Positions 1 to 9,584 of a stretch of DNA of 64,000 bases are shown here, piece after piece. The notes below the pieces were generated by a model that was not told where the DNA came from, searched no databases, and was given only the letters and a program-made list of their open reading frames with translations. A program made the translations under genes and the position numbers. The stretch is taken from positions 59,644 through 123,643 of the forward strand of contig JAQULR010000002.1 in the NCBI GenBank assembly GCA_028749205.1, given 5' to 3'. Every line of letters starts with the position of its first letter. Positions within the stretch are counted from its first letter, which is position 1. The stretch comes from Acidobacteriota bacterium. Lineage in GTDB: Bacteria > Acidobacteriota > Aminicenantia > Aminicenantales > Saccharicenantaceae.

Positions 1-1506
1 TTAATATATGCCCTTGGTGTAGTTCAGCTTTTTGCGGCTTCTAAAGAATTCATAATAAAACTGGGCAAAATCGGTTCCAGCTTTGTCAGATTGGGAGCCA
101 ACAAAGAGGCTCCTGCTATTGGGACTGGTGGCCTGGTTAGTGTCTCCGGGCCTGGAATTTTCCCGGCCTATATCGGAGTTGGCTATATCATCGGTCCTCG
201 GTTGGCTTCCCTGAACTTTGCTGGTGGTGTTCTGGCCTGGGGTCTTTTTGCCCCCCTGTTGATGTATTTTCTCGGGCCTCATCTGGCCGAGCAATTTTAT
301 GGACCGGCAGTGGCTATGTCTCAAGTACCATGGTCAGACCTGGTAATCGACGTTTGGAAATTCATAATCCGGCCGATTGCCGTCGGGGGGATGTTAGTGG
401 GAGCCGGATATACCCTTTTTAAGATGAGGAGAAACCTGTCAGAAGGCATTAAAAGATCCATAAGTGATGTTAAGAAGGCCGCTGGGCAAGCAGAAGCTAC
501 TTCTAGACTTGAAAAAGATCTGAATCCCAGGTTGGTTTTGATTCTGATGGTTATTACAGTAATCCTAATGGTTTTTGTCTACAGGATTTTTACTGGGAGC
601 TATCCACCAGCGATTCTGGCCGCTGTAGTCATGGCCCTGGCCGGTTTCTTTTTTGCTGCTGTTTCAGGCAATCTTGTTGGGACTATAGGTTCTTCCAACA
701 ATCCAATTTCTGGCTTGACATTATCTACCTTGATCATTGCCGGCCTGCTGATGGTTTTAATCGGCGCCAGGGGCACCAGTGGAATTATCGCTGTCCTGGG
801 GGTGGCTTCGGTTGTCTGTGTTTCTTCAGCAGTGGCTGGAGAGATGCTTCAAGATCTTAAAGTCGGTCATATCCTTGGAGGAACCCCCTGGAAGATGCAG
901 GTAGGTGATATTTTAGGGGTTATGGTAGCCTCGTTACTTCTCTATTTTCCTTTAATGATTCTACATGGAGCCTTTACCTTTGGCAGCAAGGAGTTGCCAG
1001 CTCCCCAGGCTGGACTAATGGCCGCTATTACCCAAGGCATAGTCGGTGGAGAAATGGCCTGGCCACTGGTTATAGTTGGAATGCTGATGGGTTTTGCCCT
1101 GATTCTGGTTCGTGTTAGTTCTCCTATGCTGGTGGCTGTGGGCATGTATCTCCCTCTGGAAACTACCTTTGCTATTTTCATGGGTGGAATGATGAAAGGC
1201 CTGCTGGAACGGGCTTCAACCAGGCGACAGCTTAATCCTGCTCAGAAAGCCAGGGTGGAGAATGTGGGTATACTGTTAGCAGCTGGTTTAATTGCCGGAG
1301 AGGCTCTAACCGGCTTGATCCGGGCAGCCTGGAAGTTCTTCTTCTTACAAAATATCGTCAGTAAAGATATTCCTATAATCTTTAAGCACCCAAGTTACCT
1401 GGCAGGTCTGGTAGTTTTAGCCCTAATAGCCTTTTATCTGATATCGGTACCCTTAAAAAATGCCGGAGCTGCCGATGAGCCCCCGCCACCATCAGCAGTT
1501 ATTTAG
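1..1506 (+). CDS. OPT family oligopeptide transporter (5' partial; ORF open to window edge)
   Basis: No stop between position 1 and the annotated Met at 91 in frame 1; polytopic membrane protein with OPT-like helices and Gly-rich motifs; 471+ aa, whereas OPT proteins are ~600-650 aa. Confidence 0.7.
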   Translation, partial: LIYALGVVQLFAASKEFIIKLGKIGSSFVRLGANKEAPAIGTGGLVSVSGPGIFPAYIGVGYIIGPRLASLNFAGGVLAWGLFAPLLMYFLGPHLAEQFYGPAVAMSQVPWSDLVIDVWKFIIRPIAVGGMLVGAGYTLFKMRRNLSEGIKRSISDVKKAAGQAEATSRLEKDLNPRLVLILMVITVILMVFVYRIFTGSYPPAILAAVVMALAGFFFAAVSGNLVGTIGSSNNPISGLTLSTLIIAGLLMVLIGARGTSGIIAVLGVASVVCVSSAVAGEMLQDLKVGHILGGTPWKMQVGDILGVMVASLLLYFPLMILHGAFTFGSKELPAPQAGLMAAITQGIVGGEMAWPLVIVGMLMGFALILVRVSSPMLVAVGMYLPLETTFAIFMGGMMKGLLERASTRRQLNPAQKARVENVGILLAAGLIAGEALTGLIRAAWKFFFLQNIVSKDIPIIFKHPSYLAGLVVLALIAFYLISVPLKNAGAADEPPPPSAVI

Positions 1507-1545
1507 GCCGAATTATTCAGAACAGTTTTTTATGATTTTCCTCAA

Positions 1546-1617
1546 GAATAATCTATCCTGTTATAAAGATAGTAGGTTAAGCTGGTATTAAAGAATTATC
1601 CAGGGCTGCTTGATATC
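1546..1617 (-). repeat. intergenic repeat family, composite/partial copy (inverted 3' module GAATAATCTATC + AATTATCCAGGGCTGCTTGATATC)
   Basis: Matches revcomp of GATAGATTATTC and the AATAATCCAGG-CTGCTTTAT modules of the family consensus. Confidence 0.45.
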
Positions 1618-1676
1618 TGAGTTTTCATAGGTGTCATTGTGTTGTTTTTAGCCGCTTTTTAAATTAAAATAAATGC

Positions 1677-2192
1677 ATGGCAGTACTCGAAATAATAAAA
1701 ATAGGACATCCTGTTCTATCGGTACCAGCCAAGCCTGTGGTGAACATAGATCAAACAATAGTGGAGTTGGCCAGCAACATGGTTAACACCATGCACCAGG
1801 CTCCAGGTATTGGCCTGGCTGCTCCCCAAGTTAATGTCAGCCTCAGGCTGATTACCGTGGATCTATCTGTTGGTGAAAATAAAGATGAGCTTATTGTAAT
1901 GGTGAACCCTGAAATAATTGAGCAAGAAGGAGAACAAAAGGCCGAAGAAGGCTGCCTGTCAGTTCCCGGTATTTATGAAAAAGTGTTAAGACCGGCCCGG
2001 CTGGCTGTTAAGGGCTATAATCTTGATGGTCAGGAGGTCTTGATAGAAGCCCAGGATATTCTGGCTAGAGTTCTTTCTCATGAAATTGATCACCTCCAGG
2101 GCAAACTTTTTGTGGACCGGCTTTCTCCGTTAAAAAGGGAGATGATAAAGAAGCGCCTTAAAAAAGAGCTAGCCAAAGGAACAAATATATGA
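1677..2192 (+). CDS. def: peptide deformylase
   Basis: EGCLSVPG and HEIDHLQG (HEXXH) motifs; 171 aa; immediately upstream of fmt. Confidence 0.92.
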   Translation: MAVLEIIKIGHPVLSVPAKPVVNIDQTIVELASNMVNTMHQAPGIGLAAPQVNVSLRLITVDLSVGENKDELIVMVNPEIIEQEGEQKAEEGCLSVPGIYEKVLRPARLAVKGYNLDGQEVLIEAQDILARVLSHEIDHLQGKLFVDRLSPLKREMIKKRLKKELAKGTNI

Positions 2193-3121
2193 GAATTGTC
2201 TTCTTTGGCAGCCCCTCTATTGCTCTTCCCGTTCTTAGCAACCTTCTAACAGCCGGACATGAAATAAAGCTGGTAGTTTGCCAGCCCGATAAAGCCGCCG
2301 GGCGGGGGAAAAAACTAACTCCTCCAGCCGTGAAAACCTTTGCTCAAGATCATAACCTACCCTGCCTTCAGCCCGAAAAAATCAGACAAGACCAGCAGAT
2401 CTTAGAACAGATTAAAGAAGTCAAGCCAGAGCTTATTGTCGTTGTGGCATATGGCCAGATTATCCCTGCTCCCATTATTAACTTACCACTTTATAAATCG
2501 CTTAATGTCCATTTTTCTCTACTGCCAAGGTACCGAGGGGCAGCCCCGGTTCAGTGGGCGATTTTAAACGGCGAAAGATTTACCGGAGTTACTATCTTTC
2601 AACTGAATGAAAAGATGGATGAAGGGCCAATTCTTAGCCAGGAAATCGTAGAAATATTACCCAGAGAAAATGCCCATGAGCTGGAAATCAGGTTATCACA
2701 TGTCGGAGCTAAACTTCTGGTTAAAACGATAGAAAACCTAAAAAATATTGAACCAAAGGAACAGGACCATTCCCGAGCTTCCTATGCTCCCAAATTAACC
2801 AAAGAACAGGGACAGATTAACTGGCAGGAACCGGCTGAAATAATTGATCGGAAAGTTAGAGCTTTTTTCTCCTGGCCAGGAGCTTATACTTTTTTTAATG
2901 GAAAGAAAATTGAGATAATTTCTGGCTTGGCAACTCAGGGAATTATTCCTGGAGCCAGCCCGGGTGAAATCGTCCAGATCGATAAATCAGGCCTTTATGT
3001 GTGCTGCGGCCAGAGAAGCTTTTATTTGATTGAAAAAGTTAAGCCAGAAGCCAAGAAGGAAATGTCAGCTTATTCCTTTTCACTGGGGGCTAAAATCAAA
3101 CTGGGTTCCAGAATGGGCTGA
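2189..3121 (+). CDS. fmt: methionyl-tRNA formyltransferase
   Basis: MRIVFFGSP N-terminus, formyltransferase fold, 4-nt overlap with def (classic def-fmt operon). Confidence 0.9.
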   Translation: MRIVFFGSPSIALPVLSNLLTAGHEIKLVVCQPDKAAGRGKKLTPPAVKTFAQDHNLPCLQPEKIRQDQQILEQIKEVKPELIVVVAYGQIIPAPIINLPLYKSLNVHFSLLPRYRGAAPVQWAILNGERFTGVTIFQLNEKMDEGPILSQEIVEILPRENAHELEIRLSHVGAKLLVKTIENLKNIEPKEQDHSRASYAPKLTKEQGQINWQEPAEIIDRKVRAFFSWPGAYTFFNGKKIEIISGLATQGIIPGASPGEIVQIDKSGLYVCCGQRSFYLIEKVKPEAKKEMSAYSFSLGAKIKLGSRMG

Positions 3122-3139
3122 TTTCATCTAAGGTAGGCT

Positions 3140-4024
3140 CTATTCTTCAATGATATAGTGAATTGGATTAATAGCTTTGCCATTCAAATGAACTTCATAA
3201 TGAAGATGAGGGCCAAGAGCTTTGCCTGTCTTGCCGACATAACCGATAACCTGTCCTCTTTCGATCTTCTGCCCTGATTTAACAGCATATTTATTAAGAT
3301 GCCAGTAATGAGTAGAAAAACCATTGCCATGGCTGATGGAAACAAAATTGCCCTTGTATTTATCAAATCCTACTTGAACCACTACCCCATTAGCTGTGGC
3401 TACGACCGGATTATTCAGATTAGTAGCTATATCCAGGCCAGAGTGGAAGGCATTCCTTCCGGTATAGGGATCAATCCTGGGCCCAAAGGTAGATGATACC
3501 CAACCCATGGTTGGCCAGATGGTCGGGGTGGTAGCTAAAGTTGTACTTTGATTCTCGAAAAAATGCAGCATATAACTAAGATTCTTTTCAACCGCTTCAG
3601 CCCTCTGTTTTATAGTCTGAATAGCTCCCCGTTCCAGGTTCCTTCTTTGGGGGCTAAGGTCAATTCTCTCCCCCCCACCAAGACCAGGTTCACCTTTCAG
3701 ATTATCTGGTGATTGCACACCGGCCAGAATATTAATCTTTCGAGCATATTCTTCAAAGCTACTGATTCTTTCCTTCATCTGAGCGATAGTATTTTCATAG
3801 GTGATAATCATTTCCTTCTGAGCAGCTACCTCCTGTTGCAGTTCATGATAATCGGCCTTGGTCATAGTCATAGAGAAATAATCTATCAAGAAAAATATAA
3901 AGAAAATAGTAAAAGCTACTCCCGTCCCGATAATCAACCCGACTGCTCTTTTAGGCAAATTTATTGTCCGGAAGCTGGTTTTCCAATTAGGAACTATAAC
4001 AATTGATATAAATTTTTTAGCCAT
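3140..4024 (-). CDS. M23 family metallopeptidase (murein endopeptidase-like) with N-terminal TM anchor and coiled coil
   Basis: C-terminal HxxxD...HLHYEVHLNG LytM/M23 motif; N-terminal hydrophobic segment; coiled-coil middle. Confidence 0.8.
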   Translation of the reverse strand: MAKKFISIVIVPNWKTSFRTINLPKRAVGLIIGTGVAFTIFFIFFLIDYFSMTMTKADYHELQQEVAAQKEMIITYENTIAQMKERISSFEEYARKINILAGVQSPDNLKGEPGLGGGERIDLSPQRRNLERGAIQTIKQRAEAVEKNLSYMLHFFENQSTTLATTPTIWPTMGWVSSTFGPRIDPYTGRNAFHSGLDIATNLNNPVVATANGVVVQVGFDKYKGNFVSISHGNGFSTHYWHLNKYAVKSGQKIERGQVIGYVGKTGKALGPHLHYEVHLNGKAINPIHYIIEE

Positions 4025-4127
4025 CTTTTTTCCTTTTTAATAGCATAGGATAGATCTTTTTGTCAAGCCTCATGGCAAATTCTACTCATTATACTATTGT
4101 CCAGCCTAAATTTGACTATTTCTATTA

Positions 4128-4385
4128 TTATTCAATTACCTTAAAAATTACATCGTGTTCTCTGACAGGCATATCAACCTTGAAAGCAACCTCCTCACCA
4201 TCTATAGCTTCTTCCACCGGTCTGTGTTCTATCTGCATGGATTCAATCTTCTGAAAGAAATCTGTGCTGTGCCCCTTGATATGGATCATATCGCCAATTT
4301 TTAGACCTCTACCGGTAATCTTGGCTACTCCAACCTGAATCCTGGAAAAATAATGAGTTATCCGGCCGACTTCAACCTCCTCCAT
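4128..4385 (-). CDS. small EF-Tu domain-2-like beta-barrel protein (function unknown)
   Basis: 85 aa; GRITHYFSRIQVGVAKIT...GDMIHIKGH pattern resembles translation-factor beta-barrel domain 2; no other domains. Confidence 0.4.
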   Translation of the reverse strand: MEEVEVGRITHYFSRIQVGVAKITGRGLKIGDMIHIKGHSTDFFQKIESMQIEHRPVEEAIDGEEVAFKVDMPVREHDVIFKVIE

Positions 4386-4449
4386 TTTTAACCCTCCTTA
4401 TAAATTTTTCTACAAGATAACAAAAAAATTGAATTTCATCAAACTTTTT

Positions 4450-5229
4450 TTATCCTCCACAGAGAACTGAACCTCCGTTGACATTCAGAATTTCCCCGGT
4501 TATATGGACTGCCAGGTCTGATACCAGGAAAAGGATAGGTCCGGCAATATCCTCAGGCGCTGGTATTCTCTTAAGAGGAATTGATTGCCTAACCTTTTCT
4601 TTGTAAGCAGAATCGCTGAACACTTCCGTACACATATCTGTATCTGCCCAACCTGGAGCTACACAATTAACCCTGATATTGTCTGGAGCTAATTCCACCG
4701 CCAAAGATTTGGTTAGAGAAACTAAGGCCCCTTTACTAGCCGCATAATGAGAATGAAAAGCCTCTCCTCTGACAGCTGCTGTCGAAGCCACGTTGACAAT
4801 CCAGCCTTGTTGGTTTACCTTCATCAGCTGAACTGCGGCATTGGTTACATAATAAACTCCATCCAGGTTAACTGCCATGGTCTCCCGCCAGACTTCTTCT
4901 GGCATATTTCCCATTGCTCCATAGGTCCAAATCCCAGCATTGTTGACCAGGATATCTAGCTGGTTCCAGCGGTTAGCGATTTCATTGACCATCTTCTCAA
5001 CTTGATCTCGCTTAGAAATATCAGCTTGACACAGGAGGCCGTCGCGGCCGAATCCTTCCACTACTTTTTTTACTTCCTGAGCTGCTGGGGAGTTGTCTTT
5101 ATAATGAATAGCAACATCGGCCCCAGCCTCTGCCAGAAGAATAGAAGTGGCCCGACCTATTCCTCTGGCACCACCAGTTATCAAGGCCTTTTTTCCTTCT
5201 AGCTTAATCATCACGCCAGAATGCCTCAT
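4450..5229 (-). CDS. SDR family oxidoreductase (FabG-like 3-oxoacyl reductase)
   Basis: KKALITGGARGIG Rossmann motif, NNAG, YAASKGAL catalytic motif; start chosen at 2nd ATG of ATGATG (GAGGG RBS 5 nt upstream); ORF extends to 5247 and Met at 5211 is also possible. Confidence 0.8.
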   Translation of the reverse strand: MRHSGVMIKLEGKKALITGGARGIGRATSILLAEAGADVAIHYKDNSPAAQEVKKVVEGFGRDGLLCQADISKRDQVEKMVNEIANRWNQLDILVNNAGIWTYGAMGNMPEEVWRETMAVNLDGVYYVTNAAVQLMKVNQQGWIVNVASTAAVRGEAFHSHYAASKGALVSLTKSLAVELAPDNIRVNCVAPGWADTDMCTEVFSDSAYKEKVRQSIPLKRIPAPEDIAGPILFLVSDLAVHITGEILNVNGGSVLCGG

Positions 5230-5239
5230 CATATCCCTC

Positions 5240-7780
5240 TCAGACATAGCTTAAGTTGAAATCTCCCATTTTATGAAATTCAAGATAACGATAAATCTGT
5301 TCAGCCTGGGGTATTACAGTCTCTTGCATTACCTTAAAGTACTTGTCGGCTGAAGGCAGTTGACCATTGACTGCAGCTACTGCTGCTAATTCAGCCGAGC
5401 TTAGATAAACTCTGGCTCCATCACCCATCCGATTGTCAAAATTCCGGGTTGAAGTGGAAATCACTGTAGCTCCAGGCTTAACCCTGGCCTGGTTTCCCAT
5501 GCATAACGAGCAACCCGGTATTTCCACCCTGGCTCCAACCTGGGCAAAGGCCGCAAACAAACCTTCCCTTTTCAGCTGGTTGTAATCCATTTTGGTAGGT
5601 GGAGTAAGCCAGATGCGGGTAGATGGATAACAGGATTTCTCAAAGATTTTGGCGGCGGCTCTGAAATGCCCAATATTGGTCATACAAGAACCGATAAAAA
5701 CTTCATCAATCTTATCTCCAGCCACCCCTGATAACAATCTGACGTCATCCGGATCATTGGGGCAGGCCAGAATAGGTTCTTTAATCTGGCCAAGGTCAAT
5801 ATCTATAACCGCAGCATATTCGGCCTTAGTATCCCTTTTTAGAAGGACGGGATTTTTTATCCAGCTTTCACAAGCCTGGATTCTTTTTTCTAAGCTATCT
5901 GAATCCTGGTAACCCTCTTCTATCATTTTTTTCATTAAGGCCACGTTGCTTTTCAGATATTCCACCACTTTTTCTTCATCTAAAGCAATGACACAGGCGG
6001 CGGCTGACCTTTCGGCCGAGGCATCTGTCAGTTCATAAGCCTGCTCTACAGTCAGGCCTTCCAAGCCCTCAATTTCCAGAATGCGTCCGTTAAAAATATT
6101 CTTCTTTCCCTTTTTAGCTACGGTCAACAGACTCTGCTTGATGGCAAAATAGGGAATAGCATTGACCACGTCCCTTAAAGTTATCCCGGATTTCAACTGT
6201 CCATAAAATCTAACCAAAACTGATTCCGGCATATCTAAAGGCATAAAACCAAGAGCTCCAGCAAAGGCTACCAGCCCTGAACCAGCTGGAAAACTAATAC
6301 CAACTGGAAACCTGGTATGAGAATCTCCACCTGTCCCCACAGTATCAGGCAGAATCAAGCGGTTCAACCAAGAATGAATAACGCCATCTCCGGGTTTGAG
6401 GGCCAGTCCTTTTCTTTCTATAACAAAACTAGCTAAGTCCTGATGCATTTTTACGTCAGTTGGCTTGGGATAGGCAGCAGTATGGCAGAAAGACTGCATG
6501 AACAATTCTGTTTGAAACTCCAAACAGGCAAGCTCCTTAAGTTCATCAGCAGTCATTGGCCCAGTGGTATCCTGCGAACCAACTGTAGTCATTTTTGGTT
6601 CACAGGCCGTGCCAGGTAATATCCCGGGCTGACCACAGGCTTGGCCCAATATTTTCTGAGCCAGAGTAAATCCCTGACCTGGTTTAGGTTCAGGATTTTG
6701 AATCTTAAGAAAAAAGTCAGCCTCTGGCCAACCGAGCTCTTTTCTAGCCCGAGCAGTTAACTGGCGGCCGATTATAAGATTCAGCCGGCCTCCTGCCCTA
6801 AATTCATCTATTATCGTGGCCGGTTTCCAGTCAAATTTAGCTAGTACCTGTCCGTTTTCATCCGTAATGATTCCTTGTCTGGTTTTTATTATTATGACAT
6901 CTCCGGTCTTGAGCTGGCTGACGTCTGCTTGAATAGGCAGCCCTCCAGAGTCCTCGGTTGTATTAAAGAAAATTGGGGCGATTAGCCCACCAATGACTAT
7001 TCCTCCACGTCTTTTGTTAGGTATATAAGGAATGTCTTCACCTATATGCCACATTAGAGAATTACAGGCTGATTTCCTAGAGGAGCCGGTGCCAATTACA
7101 TCTCCAACAAAAGCCACCTTGTAGCCTTCTTCTCTAAATTTTCTTATCACCTCTAAGCCACCAGGAAATCGAGTCTCACCCATACTCAAAGCATGAAGCG
7201 GGATATCAGGGCGGCTCCAGGCATATTTAGCCGGAGATAAGTCATCAGTATTTATTTCTCCGTCAACCTTATAAACCTTAAGCACCAATTCCTCAGGAAG
7301 TTCTGGCCGGGATAGAAACCATTCTCCTTTTGCCCATGATGTCAATACTTCCTTGGCATATTTATTGGTTTTGGAGAGAGCAACGATTTTATCATAAGCA
7401 TTGTAAACAAGTATTATGTACTTTAGGGCATCTGCAGCCAGCTGGGCCAAAGAATCAATCTCCAGCATATTTATAAGAGGGTCCACATTATAGCCGCCCA
7501 CCATAGTGCCTAAAAGGATTACGGCTCTTTCAGGGTTGACCAGGGGAGATTTTTTCCTACCAAGAGCCACTTGGCTTAGCCAACCCGCCTTAACTCTGGC
7601 GGCTTGGTCTACCCCGGGAGGGACTCTCTGCTCTAAAAGATACAAGAGCTCCTGTTCCTTTCCAGAAGGTGGATTTTCCAGAAGCTGACATAACTCTTGA
7701 GTTTCTTGAACCGTCAGAGGAGCGGGGGGAATACCCTGAGTTTCTCTTTCCTTAGCTTTCTGATAATAACTTTCCAGCAT
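5240..7780 (-). CDS. acnB: aconitate hydratase B (bifunctional aconitase 2 / 2-methylisocitrate dehydratase)
   Basis: N-terminus MLESYYQKAKERETQGIPPAPL...NPPSGKE...VPPGVDQAA closely parallels the E. coli AcnB HEAT-like N-domain; 846 aa; AGGAGA RBS. Confidence 0.9.
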   Translation of the reverse strand: MLESYYQKAKERETQGIPPAPLTVQETQELCQLLENPPSGKEQELLYLLEQRVPPGVDQAARVKAGWLSQVALGRKKSPLVNPERAVILLGTMVGGYNVDPLINMLEIDSLAQLAADALKYIILVYNAYDKIVALSKTNKYAKEVLTSWAKGEWFLSRPELPEELVLKVYKVDGEINTDDLSPAKYAWSRPDIPLHALSMGETRFPGGLEVIRKFREEGYKVAFVGDVIGTGSSRKSACNSLMWHIGEDIPYIPNKRRGGIVIGGLIAPIFFNTTEDSGGLPIQADVSQLKTGDVIIIKTRQGIITDENGQVLAKFDWKPATIIDEFRAGGRLNLIIGRQLTARARKELGWPEADFFLKIQNPEPKPGQGFTLAQKILGQACGQPGILPGTACEPKMTTVGSQDTTGPMTADELKELACLEFQTELFMQSFCHTAAYPKPTDVKMHQDLASFVIERKGLALKPGDGVIHSWLNRLILPDTVGTGGDSHTRFPVGISFPAGSGLVAFAGALGFMPLDMPESVLVRFYGQLKSGITLRDVVNAIPYFAIKQSLLTVAKKGKKNIFNGRILEIEGLEGLTVEQAYELTDASAERSAAACVIALDEEKVVEYLKSNVALMKKMIEEGYQDSDSLEKRIQACESWIKNPVLLKRDTKAEYAAVIDIDLGQIKEPILACPNDPDDVRLLSGVAGDKIDEVFIGSCMTNIGHFRAAAKIFEKSCYPSTRIWLTPPTKMDYNQLKREGLFAAFAQVGARVEIPGCSLCMGNQARVKPGATVISTSTRNFDNRMGDGARVYLSSAELAAVAAVNGQLPSADKYFKVMQETVIPQAEQIYRYLEFHKMGDFNLSYV

Positions 7781-7829
7781 GTCATAATCTCCTAAAAATT
7801 AAATTAAAAAGTTTATTAAAAAATCTTAG

Positions 7830-7900
7830 CCTGGATTATTTACAAATAATCCAGGCCAGCCTGCTTTATTCCGGACCTGATAGATTATTCCTGGGGAAAT
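7830..7900 (+). repeat. intergenic repeat family, full copy (CCTGGATTATTT-AC-AAATAATCCAGG + CTGCTTTATTCC + GATAGATTATTC + GGGGAAAT)
   Basis: Perfect 12-nt-arm palindrome 7830-7855 then conserved downstream modules; 50 nt upstream of acnB start. Confidence 0.7.
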
Positions 7901-7938
7901 CATGAACAAAAACCTATCTAAGAAAATCATCTCATGTC

Positions 7939-7999
7939 CCGATTTCCGCTTCGATTTTCGCTTTCGTATCTCTGATCTTACCATGTCTCGATTTTCTTA
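7939..7999 (+). promoter_or_regulatory. cluster of direct repeats CGATTT(T/C)CG in acnB-icd divergent region
   Basis: CCGATTTCCGCTTCGATTTTCGCTTTCG ... CTCGATTTTCTTATC; three to four spaced copies of the same 9-10-mer. Confidence 0.35.
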
Positions 8000-8205
8000 T
8001 CTTATATAGTTCCAATCCGATAAAAAAGCAAGCTGGTTTAATATCTTATGGATTCCTCTTTTTTTTGTCAAAAGAAACTGACCGGGCTTTTCTCCTCAAA
8101 AATTCTTTCGAATATCTTTATCCATCCTTTCCCAGATGTAGATTCACCTAATTACTTATAAATACTCTATATTTAGAGGTATATCCCTTAAGGAGAAAAA
8201 ACAAT

Positions 8206-8240
8206 TGATTTTATGCCCTGGAAATTATAAAATTAATAAC
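8206..8240 (+). promoter_or_regulatory. candidate sigma70-type promoter for icd (TTGATT-N17-TAAAAT)
   Basis: TTGATT at 8206 and TAAAAT 17 nt downstream, ~40 nt upstream of the icd RBS GGAGGT. Confidence 0.35.
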
Positions 8241-8279
8241 CACAATTTTATCTCAAAAAAATAAAATTCAGGAGGTACC

Positions 8280-9482
8280 ATGGAAAACAAAGCGGCTATC
8301 GACAAAGCAAAGGAGCACTTTGGAAAGTTGCTGGAAGCTCAGCTGGAGCGAGTGGAAAAAATAAAGACCGCTCCAGATTGGATTGATTACAGCCAGCTTT
8401 CACCAATCAAAATTGGGATTCTTCCAGGAGATGGAATTGGCCCATTCATCGCGGCTGAAGCTGAGAGAGTTCTTCGCTTTATGCTTGATGAGGATATCAA
8501 AAGCGGTAAAATTTACCTTAAGACAATTGAAGGTTTGACTATTGAAAACCGGGCTAAGCACAACAAGGCCATCCCAGATGATGTTCTTGAAGAAATTAAA
8601 AAGTATCATGTGACCTTAAAAGGACCGACCACTACCCCCAGAAAAGGTGATCCCTGGCCTAATATCGAAAGCTGCAACGTAGCCATGAGAAAGGAGCTCG
8701 ATCTATTTGCCAACGTTAGGCCAGTCAGGGTACCCAATCAGGGCATTGATTGGATTTTTTTCAGAGAAAATACTGAAGACCTCTATGCCCTTGGCCCTTA
8801 TGGAATTGAAGTCGGGCCCGATATTGCTATTGATTTTAAGCTAATAACCTCTCCCGGCTCCGAACGTATTTGCCGGATGGCCTTGGAATATGCTCGGAAG
8901 AATAATAAGACCAAAGTCACCTGCATAACCAAAGCCAATGTAGTTAAAACCACTGATGGCAAATTTCTGGAAGTCTTTTACAACTTAGCCAAGGAATATC
9001 CTGAGCTTCAGGTAGATGATTGGTACATTGATATCATGACTGCTAAGTTGGTCGATGAAAAGAGGCGGCGCGAATTCCAGGTTATGGTCCTGCCTAATCT
9101 CTATGGTGATATTCTTACTGATGAAGCCGCTGAATTCCAGGGTGGTGTAGGTACAGCCGGTGCGGCTAATATCGGCAAGCAGTACGCCATGTTTGAAGCT
9201 ATTCATGGCTCAGCTCCCAGAATGGTAAAGGAAAACCGGGCTATATATGCAGACCCAGCCAGCATGATCCGGGCTGCAGCTATGCTTATAAACCATATCG
9301 GCTACACTGATAAAGCCAAAAAGTTAGAAATGGCCTTGGATATCTGCGGGCAGTATGAAAAGAAGCTGGTTATCACCGGTCGTCCTAATGGAGCCACTGG
9401 AAAAGCCTTTACGGATTATTTGATTGACTGGCTGAACAATCCTAAACTGCAGGAAACCTGGGAGGGTTATGTTAAGGGGTAA
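8280..9482 (+). CDS. icd: isocitrate dehydrogenase (NADP-type, isocitrate/isopropylmalate DH family)
   Basis: NLYGDILTDEAA motif, 400 aa, strong RBS; sits in a TCA cluster. Confidence 0.9.
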   Translation: MENKAAIDKAKEHFGKLLEAQLERVEKIKTAPDWIDYSQLSPIKIGILPGDGIGPFIAAEAERVLRFMLDEDIKSGKIYLKTIEGLTIENRAKHNKAIPDDVLEEIKKYHVTLKGPTTTPRKGDPWPNIESCNVAMRKELDLFANVRPVRVPNQGIDWIFFRENTEDLYALGPYGIEVGPDIAIDFKLITSPGSERICRMALEYARKNNKTKVTCITKANVVKTTDGKFLEVFYNLAKEYPELQVDDWYIDIMTAKLVDEKRRREFQVMVLPNLYGDILTDEAAEFQGGVGTAGAANIGKQYAMFEAIHGSAPRMVKENRAIYADPASMIRAAAMLINHIGYTDKAKKLEMALDICGQYEKKLVITGRPNGATGKAFTDYLIDWLNNPKLQETWEGYVKG

Positions 9483-9584
9483 GAAATCTAAATTCTAAGC
9501 TCAAACGCTAAAGTGCTTATTGAGGGTTTAATCCTCAACTAATAAGATTAAATTTGATAAAAATTTTTGAGGAGGAGTTATAAA

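Noticed and set aside
942-1181. Antisense small ORFs inside confirmed genes (e.g. 942-1181, 3184-3366, 4747-4959, 8400-8609, 10004-10291, 25019-25279, 53242-53580, 54040-54923 and many others in the ORF track)
   Set aside because: They lie entirely within and opposite to long ORFs with clear homology-type motifs. They have no RBS and low-complexity or odd composition. They are treated as shadow ORFs.
7830-7855. Possibility that the CCTGGATTATTT/AAATAATCCAGG palindrome is a Fur box
   Set aside because: There is only a weak resemblance (AATAAT vs GATAAT hexamers). The copies sit upstream of non-iron genes (peptidases, MFS, GS-like), and the TBDR-proximal copies are the most degenerate ones.
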